Sequence record: OR545507.1
Strand: one strand, 5' to 3'
DNA: 64,000 nt
The position numbers and the translations under genes are program-made. Positions 35,383 to 44,345 of the stretch are shown here, in pieces (position 1 is the first letter of the stretch; every line of letters starts with the position of its first letter). The notes below the pieces were generated by a model. It saw nothing but the letters and a program-made list of their open reading frames with translations. It did not search any database and had not been told where the DNA came from.

Positions 35383-36710
35383 AGTACTGAAAAAATTTTT
35401 AAAAATATCCGTCCAGGCCGTTGACATTGCCCCCAGTTTATAAGATAATGATTCCAGATTCAGAAAAATCTAACTCCAGATACTGCGGGGAAACTATCCC
35501 CACGCGGTAGGGGAACTATTGGAAAAAACAAAATAAAATTTTGATTTAGCCGTCTATACTTCCAGACGTGTAACCATCTAGCCGTTTAGCCGTCCAAACG
35601 TCTAGCCATCCAGAAATCTAGCCGTCTAGATGGATAGCCATCTTTACTTCCAGACTTCTGGAGGGCTAGACATATCTACGCCCAAAATCCATCCAGGGTA
35701 ACTACACCCAAAATCCGTCAGTACTATACCATAGATCTATCTTTTGAAAGGGAGTATTCAGTACTGCCATCATAGCCCTCACTATGTTACCCTAGGAGGA
35801 TGAAGACCATCATGTAGTACTGAATACTGTTAGAGGGAATCCACCAGCACAAGCTGGTGGTATAATGCTTTAGATTAAAATCAGTACTGACACCATTCTG
35901 TTAATATCAGTACTGTTATTACGATTTTCATATGAGGTTCAAAAAGATGTACCACCACAGGAGGAACTATCTTTTCTGTACTGTCTCACGACAGGAGGTA
36001 GAGTAAATGAATTGTTCGCAGCAACTCATCACCCCTTGAAGCTATGTAGAACATTATACAGTACTGAATCATAATGTCAATAGCTTTCTTTCATTATTCA
36101 GTACTGATATTCTTGAGAACTACCCGACTACAAACATCATTATATCCCACAAATCATAAACGTCCCAACGTAAATTTCAACTTTCGAAGATCCAACTTTT
36201 ATTTCATAGGTACTCCAAAATTTTTAGGATCGAGATTTAGGATGGAGTACTAACCAACTTTTTGCTGGAGCCTCAAGGGGTAATTGAATTTTACCCCGAA
36301 GGGTAAAAGGGTAATTGTAATTAAGGTGAAAGTAATAATTCAGTACTAATCATTGCGTGATTACTTTTGATTACATTTGATGTAATTTGCAAAATGGAAA
36401 AGGAGCTTGGAAACTACAAAGTACGGCAGACTTCCTCTGCCTACTTAGTGGCATATCAGTACTGAATCATTCACACACATTTCCGTGCATTCTTGTCTAT
36501 ACTAATCAGTACTGAATCATATATAATCATTCTGTGATTCTACGGTGCTCATATAAATGTTTATATATGATTACTTATGACTACCTATGATTACGGGGTT
36601 TAGCCTGGGGAGAATCCTAGTGATCGCATTTGTCCAGGCTGAATTTTAACATATGCAACATATGTTAAAGCCTGTATAATGCTTCCACTACGGAGCTTCC
36701 CCTAGCTATA

Positions 36711-36902
36711 TTACTTCCTATATATAATCATTAAGATATAGTAGTACTGATTATACTGTACATTCTCTTTAATATTATAAGGGTCTATAGCAATCTCGGT
36801 ACATCTATTAAATGCATATCTATTAAATGCCAGTGGAATTATAGATCTAATCCATACTTGTTCATTTTCTTTTAGTTTACTTATATAGAAGTTTTTATAC
36901 AT
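36711..36902 (-). CDS. MHKEYY-family small protein
   Basis: MYKNFY...YYYILMIIYRK. Confidence 0.75.
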   Translation of the reverse strand: MYKNFYISKLKENEQVWIRSIIPLAFNRYAFNRCTEIAIDPYNIKENVQYNQYYYILMIIYRK

Positions 36903-36917
36903 AGTATTCTCTATTAA

Positions 36918-37100
36918 TTAATATGATAGTACTAGTGTTAGTACTGAGCACAATTGTTCTTTGTAGTTCTTAGGGTATATAGAATCTTTTATGCACTCAT
37001 TGAAGTGCCATAGGTATAATCTTGGGTCGCATTCTTTATATATTCTTACGGGGACGAATGTTAGTTTTCTTATATAGAATTCTTTATGTTCTTTATTCAT
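36918..37100 (-). CDS. MHKEYY-family small protein
   Basis: HKEFYI...VLTLVLSY. Confidence 0.75.
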   Translation of the reverse strand: MNKEHKEFYIRKLTFVPVRIYKECDPRLYLWHFNECIKDSIYPKNYKEQLCSVLTLVLSY

Positions 37101-37105
37101 ATTAG

Positions 37106-37291
37106 TTAGTGTCTGTATATAAGTAATAGTAAGAATACGTACTGCACATCTTCATCTTTAGTATTGAGTACTGTACGTATTGCGTCATGGAACAAGAATA
37201 TAGTACTTGGGTCATGAAAATTTAAAGGGGTTCTGGGTACGGCATGTTTGTAGTTCCCTTTAACAAATTGTGTGTAGTATTCTCTATGCAT
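37106..37291 (-). CDS. MHKEYY-family small protein
   Basis: MHREYY...YVFLLLIYRH. Confidence 0.75.
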   Translation of the reverse strand: MHREYYTQFVKGNYKHAVPRTPLNFHDPSTIFLFHDAIRTVLNTKDEDVQYVFLLLLIYRH

Positions 37292-37292
37292 A

Positions 37293-37478
37293 TTAGTACC
37301 TATATATTAGGGCGAGAATGTAGTACAATTCATATGGAATGTAATTTGGGGTGATCGCACACTGTGTATGGTAAATGAATTGTTCGGTATTTTTCTTATC
37401 CTTGATATCTATTGGGATTAGTGGTATAAGCATTTGGGAGTTTAGATCCAGATGGCTTAAGTAGAATTCTTTATGCAT
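37293..37478 (-). CDS. MHKEYY-family small protein
   Basis: MHKEFY...YYILALIYRY. Confidence 0.75.
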   Translation of the reverse strand: MHKEFYLSHLDLNSQMLIPLIPIDIKDKKNTEQFIYHTQCAITPNYIPYELYYILALIYRY

Positions 37479-37487
37479 ATTGTTCTC

Positions 37488-37676
37488 TTAGAATACGAAA
37501 GCTAGGTACAGGGTATGATACAGTACTCGATGGTAGCTGTCAAAATCTAGTATACATGCTTTAGTGCACATAGTAAAATACACTTTATCATTTTGTGCAT
37601 TGATACCGCGAGGTTTATCTAATAGATTAGTTCTGAGGTACATTGGGAAATATTTTGTGTAGTATTCTTTATGCAT
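37488..37676 (-). CDS. MHKEYY-family small protein
   Basis: MHKEYY...YHTLYLAFVF. Confidence 0.75.
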   Translation of the reverse strand: MHKEYYTKYFPMYLRTNLLDKPRGINAQNDKVYFTMCTKACILDFDSYHRVLYHTLYLAFVF

Positions 37677-37677
37677 G

Positions 37678-37860
37678 TTAGTACCTGAATATAAGTAGGA
37701 TAGTGTTATATAGCTGGTCATAACTACTACTATTTTCTATACTTCGTTCTATGCAGTTATTGAATCCCAGTACTGCCAAATCGTTATCCAGAGGGACTTT
37801 ATATCTGGCGTAGTGTACAAAAATGCTGGGGAGAAATTGTGTGTAGTATTCTTTGTGCAT
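37678..37860 (-). CDS. MHKEYY-family small protein
   Basis: MHKEYY...YNTILLIFRY. Confidence 0.75.
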   Translation of the reverse strand: MHKEYYTQFLPSIFVHYARYKVPLDNDLAVLGFNNCIERSIENSSSYDQLYNTILLIFRY

Positions 37861-37861
37861 A

Positions 37862-38053
37862 TTAGTACCTATATATTAGTAAAAGGATGTGATACAGTAC
37901 TCGATTATAGTCTTCAATATATATCGAGGATTTAGTGCACTGAATGAAGTAGTCTTTTTCGTAGTTTTTTTCTATACCCAATGGTTCTGTTGGTACAAGG
38001 TGTTGGAGATACATTGGGAGTTTCTCTATGTAGTATTCTTTGTGGTTATTCAT
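37862..38053 (-). CDS. MHKEYY-family small protein
   Basis: HKEYYI...YHILLLIYRY. Confidence 0.75.
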   Translation of the reverse strand: MNNHKEYYIEKLPMYLQHLVPTEPLGIEKNYEKDYFIQCTKSSIYIEDYNRVLYHILLLIYRY

Positions 38054-38054
38054 A

Positions 38055-38237
38055 TTAGTACCTGAATGTTAGCATTACTACGTAGTACAGCATATATGGA
38101 TTATCATCGTATATGAGCGTGTACTTAGTACATTGTTGGAACATTATCTTTGCGTGATCTTTTATTCCTATTGGTTCTGTTGGTATATGGTGCTGGAGAT
38201 GCATAGGGATTTTATCCCTGTAGTATTCTTTGTGCAT
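38055..38237 (-). CDS. MHKEYY-family small protein
   Basis: MHKEYY...YYVVMLTFRY. Confidence 0.75.
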   Translation of the reverse strand: MHKEYYRDKIPMHLQHHIPTEPIGIKDHAKIMFQQCTKYTLIYDDNPYMLYYVVMLTFRY

Positions 38238-38247
38238 GTTGTTCTCT

Positions 38248-38430
38248 TTAGTACTTATATATTAGGAGTAAAATGTTATAGTACTGGTTCATTGCGTCAT
38301 CATTTTCTATAGCACGTTTTACGCTATTCATGTAGTTAGATCGAGCGGCACGAGTTATGAGAAGAACTTTGTATGCAGCAAAGTATTTTTGCTGCACGGG
38401 TAGTTTAGAGATATAGTATTCTTTATACAT
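38248..38430 (-). CDS. MHKEYY-family small protein
   Basis: MYKEYY...YNILLLIYKY. Confidence 0.75.
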   Translation of the reverse strand: MYKEYYISKLPVQQKYFAAYKVLLITRAARSNYMNSVKRAIENDDAMNQYYNILLLIYKY

Positions 38431-39094
38431 AGTTTGTAATATACGTAATGAGGTGATGCATTTTCTTATTAGTACTGATAATTTCCTGTACATGTTTTGT
38501 CAGATTGTACGCGTTTTTATAGAGTACTGGATTATCGATTACAGTACTGTACATGAATAGTTCTTCTTCCTGTAGTTCTTTGTGTTCTAGTTCTTTGAGG
38601 AAATCTACAATTGATTTAGTTTCTTCTGAACGTTGTGCTTGCCAGAAGTGCATATTCTCGTGTACTTTTTCTGCATCAGTAGAGTATATGCCACCCATTT
38701 GGAATTGTGCTGTATTGACATCGTGGGAGGTGTTACAATTCCCGAAGAAGTATGTATTCCCGAAGTATAGCATTAAAGTGCACGGGGTATTATCCAACTG
38801 CATATTGATGATGAAGGATGCGTTCTTTAGTACCTTTGTGCTCGTATTAGTACTCAATACTTTTAAATCAGTATTATAGATATTCATATAATGAACAGCT
38901 ATATTATTTTTCTTCATGTACAATTCAAGGTTCTTTGATACGTTAACTCCATTTGTACTGGATTTTTCCTTTTTATTTCGTTTCTTTAGTACATTCGGGT
39001 GATACGTATATGCAGATGTAACTGATTCTGCCTGAATACTATTGAGGTACTTAAAGTGCTTAAGGTATTGTTTGCTGTGTGCATTAAGTTTCAT
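38423..39094 (-). CDS. hypothetical protein, FQxSLV-motif family
   Basis: EEELFMYSTVID; interrupts MHKEYY array. Confidence 0.75.
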   Translation of the reverse strand: MKLNAHSKQYLKHFKYLNSIQAESVTSAYTYHPNVLKKRNKKEKSSTNGVNVSKNLELYMKKNNIAVHYMNIYNTDLKVLSTNTSTKVLKNASFIINMQLDNTPCTLMLYFGNTYFFGNCNTSHDVNTAQFQMGGIYSTDAEKVHENMHFWQAQRSEETKSIVDFLKELEHKELQEEELFMYSTVIDNPVLYKNAYNLTKHVQEIISTNKKMHHLITYITNYV

Positions 39095-39104
39095 TTGGTT
39101 TCCT

Positions 39105-39284
39105 TTATATAGATGCCAGGGCGAGGATTTCCCTGTAGGGATTATCTTGTGTTAGTACAGCATAAATGCAGCTATTGAGATTAATATTTTTAGTACTTTT
39201 TGTTCCTAGTTTGTAGTACTTCACGAAGGTGTCGTACATGAAACGGTCTTTTATGGTTATACGTTCTCTATAGAATTGTTGCAT
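39105..39284 (-). CDS. MHKEYY-family small protein (59 aa, not in ORF track)
   Basis: hand translation MQQFYRERI...PYREILALASI. Confidence 0.7.
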   Translation of the reverse strand: MQQFYRERITIKDRFMYDTFVKYYKLGTKSTKNINLNSCIYAVLTQDNPYREILALASI

Positions 39285-39292
39285 AGTATTCC

Positions 39293-39475
39293 TTAAATAG
39301 CGATTAGTTTCATTACTTCTCTGTATGTGTACTTTTCGTTTTGTGCATCTCTTGTGACGACATATAGGAAGGTGTGTTTATCTTTTTTGTTCCCGCAATT
39401 GTAGAAAATATTGAACTTATTGAAGTTGAATCTTTCGGCGTGTTGTAGTTTAGTTAAATAGAATTCTATGTTCAT
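39293..39475 (-). CDS. MHKEYY-family small protein
   Basis: MNIEFY...YREVMKLIAI. Confidence 0.75.
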   Translation of the reverse strand: MNIEFYLTKLQHAERFNFNKFNIFYNCGNKKDKHTFLYVVTRDAQNEKYTYREVMKLIAI

Positions 39476-39483
39476 TTTCTTCC

Positions 39484-39669
39484 TTACATTTCAATAAGTT
39501 TAAGTACTGCTCGGTACGTGTACTTAGTTGTTAGTGCTTCTTTAATAGAAATGCAGAAGTAATGTTGTTTGTCTCTTATACTGCCGCGTTTGTAGTACCA
39601 CACATGGGAGTTGTGACTGTACTTGTCTCTGTCGGATAGTTGTTGGTAGTAGTAGCTTATATGATTCAT
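39484..39669 (-). CDS. MHKEYY-family small protein
   Basis: HISYYY...YRAVLKLIEM. Confidence 0.75.
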   Translation of the reverse strand: MNHISYYYQQLSDRDKYSHNSHVWYYKRGSIRDKQHYFCISIKEALTTKYTYRAVLKLIEM

Positions 39670-39878
39670 TATAATGTAATTAGCCTTACTATATTAAAGT
39701 ACTCGGTCCCTGGTGTACCTTGTAGTATATTACGCACGACATTTTTTTGGTGCTGGATGATTGCTGAAGGTGCGGTTCTTTTTAGTTTTTTTAAAGTACT
39801 GAATTCTTGTTTAAGTATGAACTGTACATCTTTAGGGAGAATATCTATGTAGTACTGATGAATGTTTGTAGTTTTCAT
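39669..39878 (-). CDS. MHKEYY-family small protein
   Basis: IHQYYI...YFNIVRLITL. Confidence 0.75.
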   Translation of the reverse strand: MKTTNIHQYYIDILPKDVQFILKQEFSTLKKLKRTAPSAIIQHQKNVVRNILQGTPGTEYFNIVRLITL

Positions 39879-39888
39879 ATAGCACCTT

Positions 39889-40083
39889 TTAGAACTTAAA
39901 GATGAGGTTCAGGATAGAGCGGTACTTAGTTTCAGGGAACTGATGTTCTATTGCATAACGTGTCGCCATCCTGAAATCGTAATTGTAATATAGATTATCC
40001 TTTCTCATAGGTGGTGCTAAAGAGAATGATAGCTGGTCTTGCTTGTGTAGTTTACTACCATAGAAATCTTTATGATTATTCAT
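39889..40083 (-). CDS. MHKEYY-family small protein
   Basis: HKDFY...YRSILNLIFKF. Confidence 0.75.
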   Translation of the reverse strand: MNNHKDFYGSKLHKQDQLSFSLAPPMRKDNLYYNYDFRMATRYAIEHQFPETKYRSILNLIFKF

Positions 40084-40285
40084 AGAAGTAGATTAGTCCT
40101 ATTAAACCTGAGTACATAATATTTTTGTTATTGCATTCGATTGCTTCTAGAGTACTACGTATACAATTATTAAAGCAATCTCTACCGAAGTGAGTATTGG
40201 TACTTACAGGTGATACACTCCTTAGAAACAATTGTTCTTCGTTGCTAAGGTATTTGGTGTAGAATTCTTTATGTTCAGTATTCAT
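40076..40285 (-). CDS. MHKEYY-family small protein
   Basis: HKEFY...YSGLIGLIYFYE. Confidence 0.75.
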   Translation of the reverse strand: MNTEHKEFYTKYLSNEEQLFLRSVSPVSTNTHFGRDCFNNCIRSTLEAIECNNKNIMYSGLIGLIYFYE

Positions 40286-40286
40286 A

Positions 40287-40490
40287 TTAGTACTCGATTA
40301 AAAGGGCAAGGATATAATAGTATTGCATACTTTCTGCCCCTTGTAAAGCATTTCTTATGATATTACTCCTGTACGAGTTCAGGAGTTTAGGACAACGTTT
40401 GTAGTGTATAAAAGTATTTTGTGTATACAGTAGGCTTTCTCGTAGACCTTTTGTTGGTAGTGCATCGATGTAGTACTGTTCAATGTTCAT
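40287..40490 (-). CDS. MHKEYY-family small protein
   Basis: MNIEQYY...YYYILALLIEY. Confidence 0.75.
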   Translation of the reverse strand: MNIEQYYIDALPTKGLRESLLYTQNTFIHYKRCPKLLNSYRSNIIRNALQGAESMQYYYILALLIEY

Positions 40491-40714
40491 ATAGATAGCA
40501 GTACTAAGATTTTTGATAATTGTTTATTGCTATCCCCGCAGATGTTGCTGTGTAAAATACTCACAATGAGGGTATCAATTGCATTGTTCATCATAAGGGT
40601 GCATCTTGGACTATTATAATTTTTTAGCTCAATTAGCCACGAACTATCCGAGAGAAATTCCCCGTACTCTAGTTCATTTAGAGTATTGAGGTAGTACTTA
40701 AGAGTATTTGTCAT
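40487..40714 (-). CDS. MHKEYY-family small protein (first of array)
   Basis: LKYYLN...KILVLLSI; GGAG RBS. Confidence 0.7.
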   Translation of the reverse strand: MTNTLKYYLNTLNELEYGEFLSDSSWLIELKNYNSPRCTLMMNNAIDTLIVSILHSNICGDSNKQLSKILVLLSI

Positions 40715-40739
40715 GTGTAGTTCTCCTTATATTCCTTCT

Positions 40740-40770
40740 ATAGTACACCAGTACTGAAAGGATGTCAAGG
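40740..40770 (-). promoter_or_regulatory. sigma70-type promoter for MHKEYY array
   Basis: TTGACA-N17-TACTAT with AGTACT in spacer. Confidence 0.7.
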
Positions 40771-40816
40771 GTTTTCTTTATGGGGTAAATATGATATAAT
40801 GAATAAGGAGGGATTT

Positions 40817-41953
40817 ATGTTACCTTTTGTTAGAATGTTAAATTATGGGAACGTAGCACCAGAAAAACTAAAAGTTCGTGATATTGTTGCAGGTGCTAAT
40901 TCATTATTACTAATAACCGAGGATAATGAATTATGGGTGCGTGGTAATAATTCGTATGGCAAATTAGGTATAGGAACTGATACTATAGTGAATGTAACCG
41001 AGTGGACTAAAGTTAGAGATGATGTTAAGTTTGCTTGTGCTAGTAATTTAGTATGCGTTGTATTAACTGTAGATAATAAAATTTTCTACTGTGGTGATGA
41101 ATGGTTTGAATCTGGTGGTTCGACAAGTTCTAAAGTTGTTACATGGAAAGATGTTACGACACAATTTAGTGCAGTGAATCTAAGCACAGTACGTGAAATG
41201 AAAATGACTTCTTATTGTGTAGGATTACTTACAAATGATAATAGATTATATGCTAAAGGATATGATAATAACCAATCATTTGGTGGTTCAACAAGCAAAG
41301 TTAATGCTGTATTAGTTGCGTCAAATGTTTCAAAATTCTACACTTCTCTATCTGGTACTATATATTCTAGTACTACTGGTGGTTACTACCGCTGTGGTAT
41401 AAGCAATACTGGAGCATTGGGTACTAGCACAAATTTAACTTCTTATAATTTGTACTCTGCTCCCGAATTTGCATCCGAATGTGCAGTTGGTATGTCAACA
41501 TTAAACTCTGGTATATTATATTATGATACTAATGGTAGCACTAGATATGTTATAGCAGGTCAAAATAGATATTATCAACTAGGTAATTCTTCTTCAAATA
41601 CCACAAACGTATATTCGTATACAGAATTAACCGGATATAGAGGCAGGTTTAGGGATTTGTGGAGTGATATGAATAACTCTGTTCTTTCTTTTGCTATAAG
41701 CACAGATGGCAATACTTTATATTATGCTGGTACTAACACTACACTATCTTCTGGTGACCCTGGTGTTGAATATTCATCTACATTTAAAGAAGTACCACAC
41801 GGGTTTAATGATATAACAAAGGCGGCATCGTTAGCCTATCTATCTATAGTGCAAGATTCAACGGGATGGTATTATTCTGGAAATGCAACTACGTTATATG
41901 GTTTGCCATCGAGTGATGAATTTATACCATTACCATTACCAACAATAATTTAA
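40817..41953 (+). CDS. MLPF-leader RCC1/BLIP-II-like beta-propeller protein 1 (putative virion fibre/appendage protein)
   Basis: MLPFVRMLNYGNVAP; G-N-YGKLG-G repeats. Confidence 0.8.
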   Translation: MLPFVRMLNYGNVAPEKLKVRDIVAGANSLLLITEDNELWVRGNNSYGKLGIGTDTIVNVTEWTKVRDDVKFACASNLVCVVLTVDNKIFYCGDEWFESGGSTSSKVVTWKDVTTQFSAVNLSTVREMKMTSYCVGLLTNDNRLYAKGYDNNQSFGGSTSKVNAVLVASNVSKFYTSLSGTIYSSTTGGYYRCGISNTGALGTSTNLTSYNLYSAPEFASECAVGMSTLNSGILYYDTNGSTRYVIAGQNRYYQLGNSSSNTTNVYSYTELTGYRGRFRDLWSDMNNSVLSFAISTDGNTLYYAGTNTTLSSGDPGVEYSSTFKEVPHGFNDITKAASLAYLSIVQDSTGWYYSGNATTLYGLPSSDEFIPLPLPTII

Positions 41954-42024
41954 ATACAGGCCAGTACTTGATACTGGCTTTTCTTTTTTGTATTAAATAT
42001 AGTATAATGAATAAGGAGGGAAAT

Positions 42025-43227
42025 ATGTTACCTTTTGGAAGAATGGTTAAGTACGCAAATATTGCACCAGGTCCAGAACCTGTAGAGTTCTCAGATGTTT
42101 TACAACAACATTATACAAACTGTATGTATCTCCATAACCCAACTAATACTTTATATGGTTATGGTAGTAATAACTTTTACCAATTTGGTCTTGGGAATTC
42201 AGCAGCAGTTTCGTCATTTACAGTACTTGCAAGGAACTGTGCAGCCTTTTGGCTTGGTGTTCAAGGTTCATTGATGATTGATTTGGATAATAAAATATAC
42301 TACACTGGGTCGGTTGGTGCATTTTCTGATTATGGAGATGCAACACCTGTTAATGGTTATTTGACAACATGGACTGATGTTACTGTTGCATTTAATAAAA
42401 TAGGTGTTATGGCTAATATGATCAAGAGTGTATATATAGGTGAAAGTACTAGAATATTATTAACCGATGGTAGAGTAATTGCGTGTGGAAGAAATACTAA
42501 TGGTGAATGTGGCTCTGGTAATAAAAATTCCATCCCTACACTCACAGTTATGACTAATATGGGTGAAGTTACACATATGGCATGTTCATTACAAGGAACG
42601 CACTATATCAAATCAAATAAAGATGCATGGTTTTGTGGTAAGGATAACTTTGGTGAAAGTGGATGTGGTGGTAGTTTTGTTGTATATTTGAACAAATTCG
42701 TGATTAGTAATGTAGAACATATTAGTACTACATACGATGTTACTTGGTGGTTTACTACTGGTGGGCCTGTATATTATAGCGGGGCTAACAGTTCTGGACA
42801 AGCTGGTAATGGTACGACTACATCGGTAAATCAGCTAACACCAATTAGGAACACATCGGTCACGGTTGATGTAAGTAAGTACAGTACTTTTATTTGTCCA
42901 AGTAATATGGGAAATGCATCAATTGGTGCACCTATGGCACAATACGCACCATATGTTAGAAGTAGTGGTGCTAACTCATATGGTCAAGAAGGTAATGGAA
43001 CTAATACATTAGTTAGAACTTGGAATATTTTTAATCTTAGTGCAATAAGTGGTGGTTATGACAATGTTCTTATGGCATCTAAAGATTGGAGCAGAACCAT
43101 AATAATTACTAAAGATTATAAATTATATGCATGTGGTGGCTGGAATGGTAGTGGTGGTAGATTACCTGATGGCACTTATAGTATTACTACACTAACATTA
43201 ATGCCAACGCAGTTATGGCAACAATAG
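42025..43227 (+). CDS. MLPF-leader beta-propeller protein 2
   Basis: MLPFGRMVKYANIAP; GRNTNGECG, GANSYGQEG repeats. Confidence 0.8.
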   Translation: MLPFGRMVKYANIAPGPEPVEFSDVLQQHYTNCMYLHNPTNTLYGYGSNNFYQFGLGNSAAVSSFTVLARNCAAFWLGVQGSLMIDLDNKIYYTGSVGAFSDYGDATPVNGYLTTWTDVTVAFNKIGVMANMIKSVYIGESTRILLTDGRVIACGRNTNGECGSGNKNSIPTLTVMTNMGEVTHMACSLQGTHYIKSNKDAWFCGKDNFGESGCGGSFVVYLNKFVISNVEHISTTYDVTWWFTTGGPVYYSGANSSGQAGNGTTTSVNQLTPIRNTSVTVDVSKYSTFICPSNMGNASIGAPMAQYAPYVRSSGANSYGQEGNGTNTLVRTWNIFNLSAISGGYDNVLMASKDWSRTIIITKDYKLYACGGWNGSGGRLPDGTYSITTLTLMPTQLWQQ

Positions 43228-43235
43228 GAGGGAAT

Positions 43236-44345
43236 ATGTTACCTTTTGGAAGAATGATTAGGTATGGAAATATTGTCCCTGGTCCTAAAAAAATAATTAA
43301 AGTTGGTGCTTCTACCCAAGGCCAATTCTTATTGACTGATTCACATGATTTATATTACATAGGTAGAAATCAAGGTGGTGAATCTGGAAATGGTAATACC
43401 AACACGGTGTCTTCGTGGACATTAGTAAGTGCAGATGTTTCTAATTTTTTCGTGGGTGATCGTACACTTGTTATTATTAAAAATGATAATACGATATGGA
43501 CATCAGGTCAAACGTACTGGTTCTCATCTTCTACAACTACTTCTTACAGTACTGTATTAGTTGAAAGAACTAATTGGTTTACCAATGCTATACCAGTAAG
43601 TGAAATTGCTAATATTGTATGCACAAATGGTTTAATATTTGTACTTAGCACTAATTCAGTACTCTATGGTGCAGGAGATAATGGATATCGTGGTTCTTTG
43701 GGTATTGGTTCATCATCAATTTACACATTAACTCAATGTGCTACGAACGTTCGTAAAGTAATGACCAATGCGAATGATAGTATGTATCTTACATTAGATA
43801 ATAAGCTATATAGTTCTGGATGGAATAGTAGTGGGCAGCATGGTACGGGGAACCAAACACAAATTAACACTTGGGGATTGCGTAGTTCTGGTGTAATCGA
43901 TGCAGCCATTGGTGGTAATGCATTAAATTACTATAATGGTACATCATATTTCGTATGTGGTCAAACTCCAAACTTTCTTAGTTCAGGTACGACTACATTC
44001 CGTGCAGTTCCTTTAAGTACTTTGCCTAATAGTTCTCCATTGTTTATGACGAATTCACCTGCCTTAAATACTGCTACACAAATGGTAATTACTAGTACAT
44101 ATCAGAAGGGTGTTGGGGCGAACCGTGGTTTGGGATTAAACAATTCTCAAACTGGTGCTATATATAGTGCTACCAATTTACAATTACCCGTTGAAGTTAG
44201 TGAGATTAGGGATGTTCTTTTTAGTGATGGTTTGACATCGATATTAACCAAAAATGGAGACGTGTATAGTACTGGATCGTATTACGCCATTCCAGGTGCA
44301 ATCGAGGATGTTGCAGTCTTTACTAAAATTGATTTACCAAAATAA
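43236..44345 (+). CDS. MLPF-leader beta-propeller protein 3
   Basis: MLPFGRMIRYGNIVP; GWNSSGQHG repeats. Confidence 0.8.
   Translation: MLPFGRMIRYGNIVPGPKKIIKVGASTQGQFLLTDSHDLYYIGRNQGGESGNGNTNTVSSWTLVSADVSNFFVGDRTLVIIKNDNTIWTSGQTYWFSSSTTTSYSTVLVERTNWFTNAIPVSEIANIVCTNGLIFVLSTNSVLYGAGDNGYRGSLGIGSSSIYTLTQCATNVRKVMTNANDSMYLTLDNKLYSSGWNSSGQHGTGNQTQINTWGLRSSGVIDAAIGGNALNYYNGTSYFVCGQTPNFLSSGTTTFRAVPLSTLPNSSPLFMTNSPALNTATQMVITSTYQKGVGANRGLGLNNSQTGAIYSATNLQLPVEVSEIRDVLFSDGLTSILTKNGDVYSTGSYYAIPGAIEDVAVFTKIDLPK

Larger units (their letters stand above)
17140..35860. other. cluster of Chi sites (GCTGGTGG)
   Basis: minus strand at 17140, 17363, 18940, 23188, 24456, 25169, 29371, 35841; plus strand at 35853. 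Confidence 0.85.
34846..36700. other. 1.9-kb non-coding region with iteron-like repeats and palindromes (candidate origin or genome-end region)
   Basis: no credible ORF; TAGCCRT x6, YTACRCCCAAAATYC x4, Chi palindrome, several hairpins. Confidence 0.6.
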
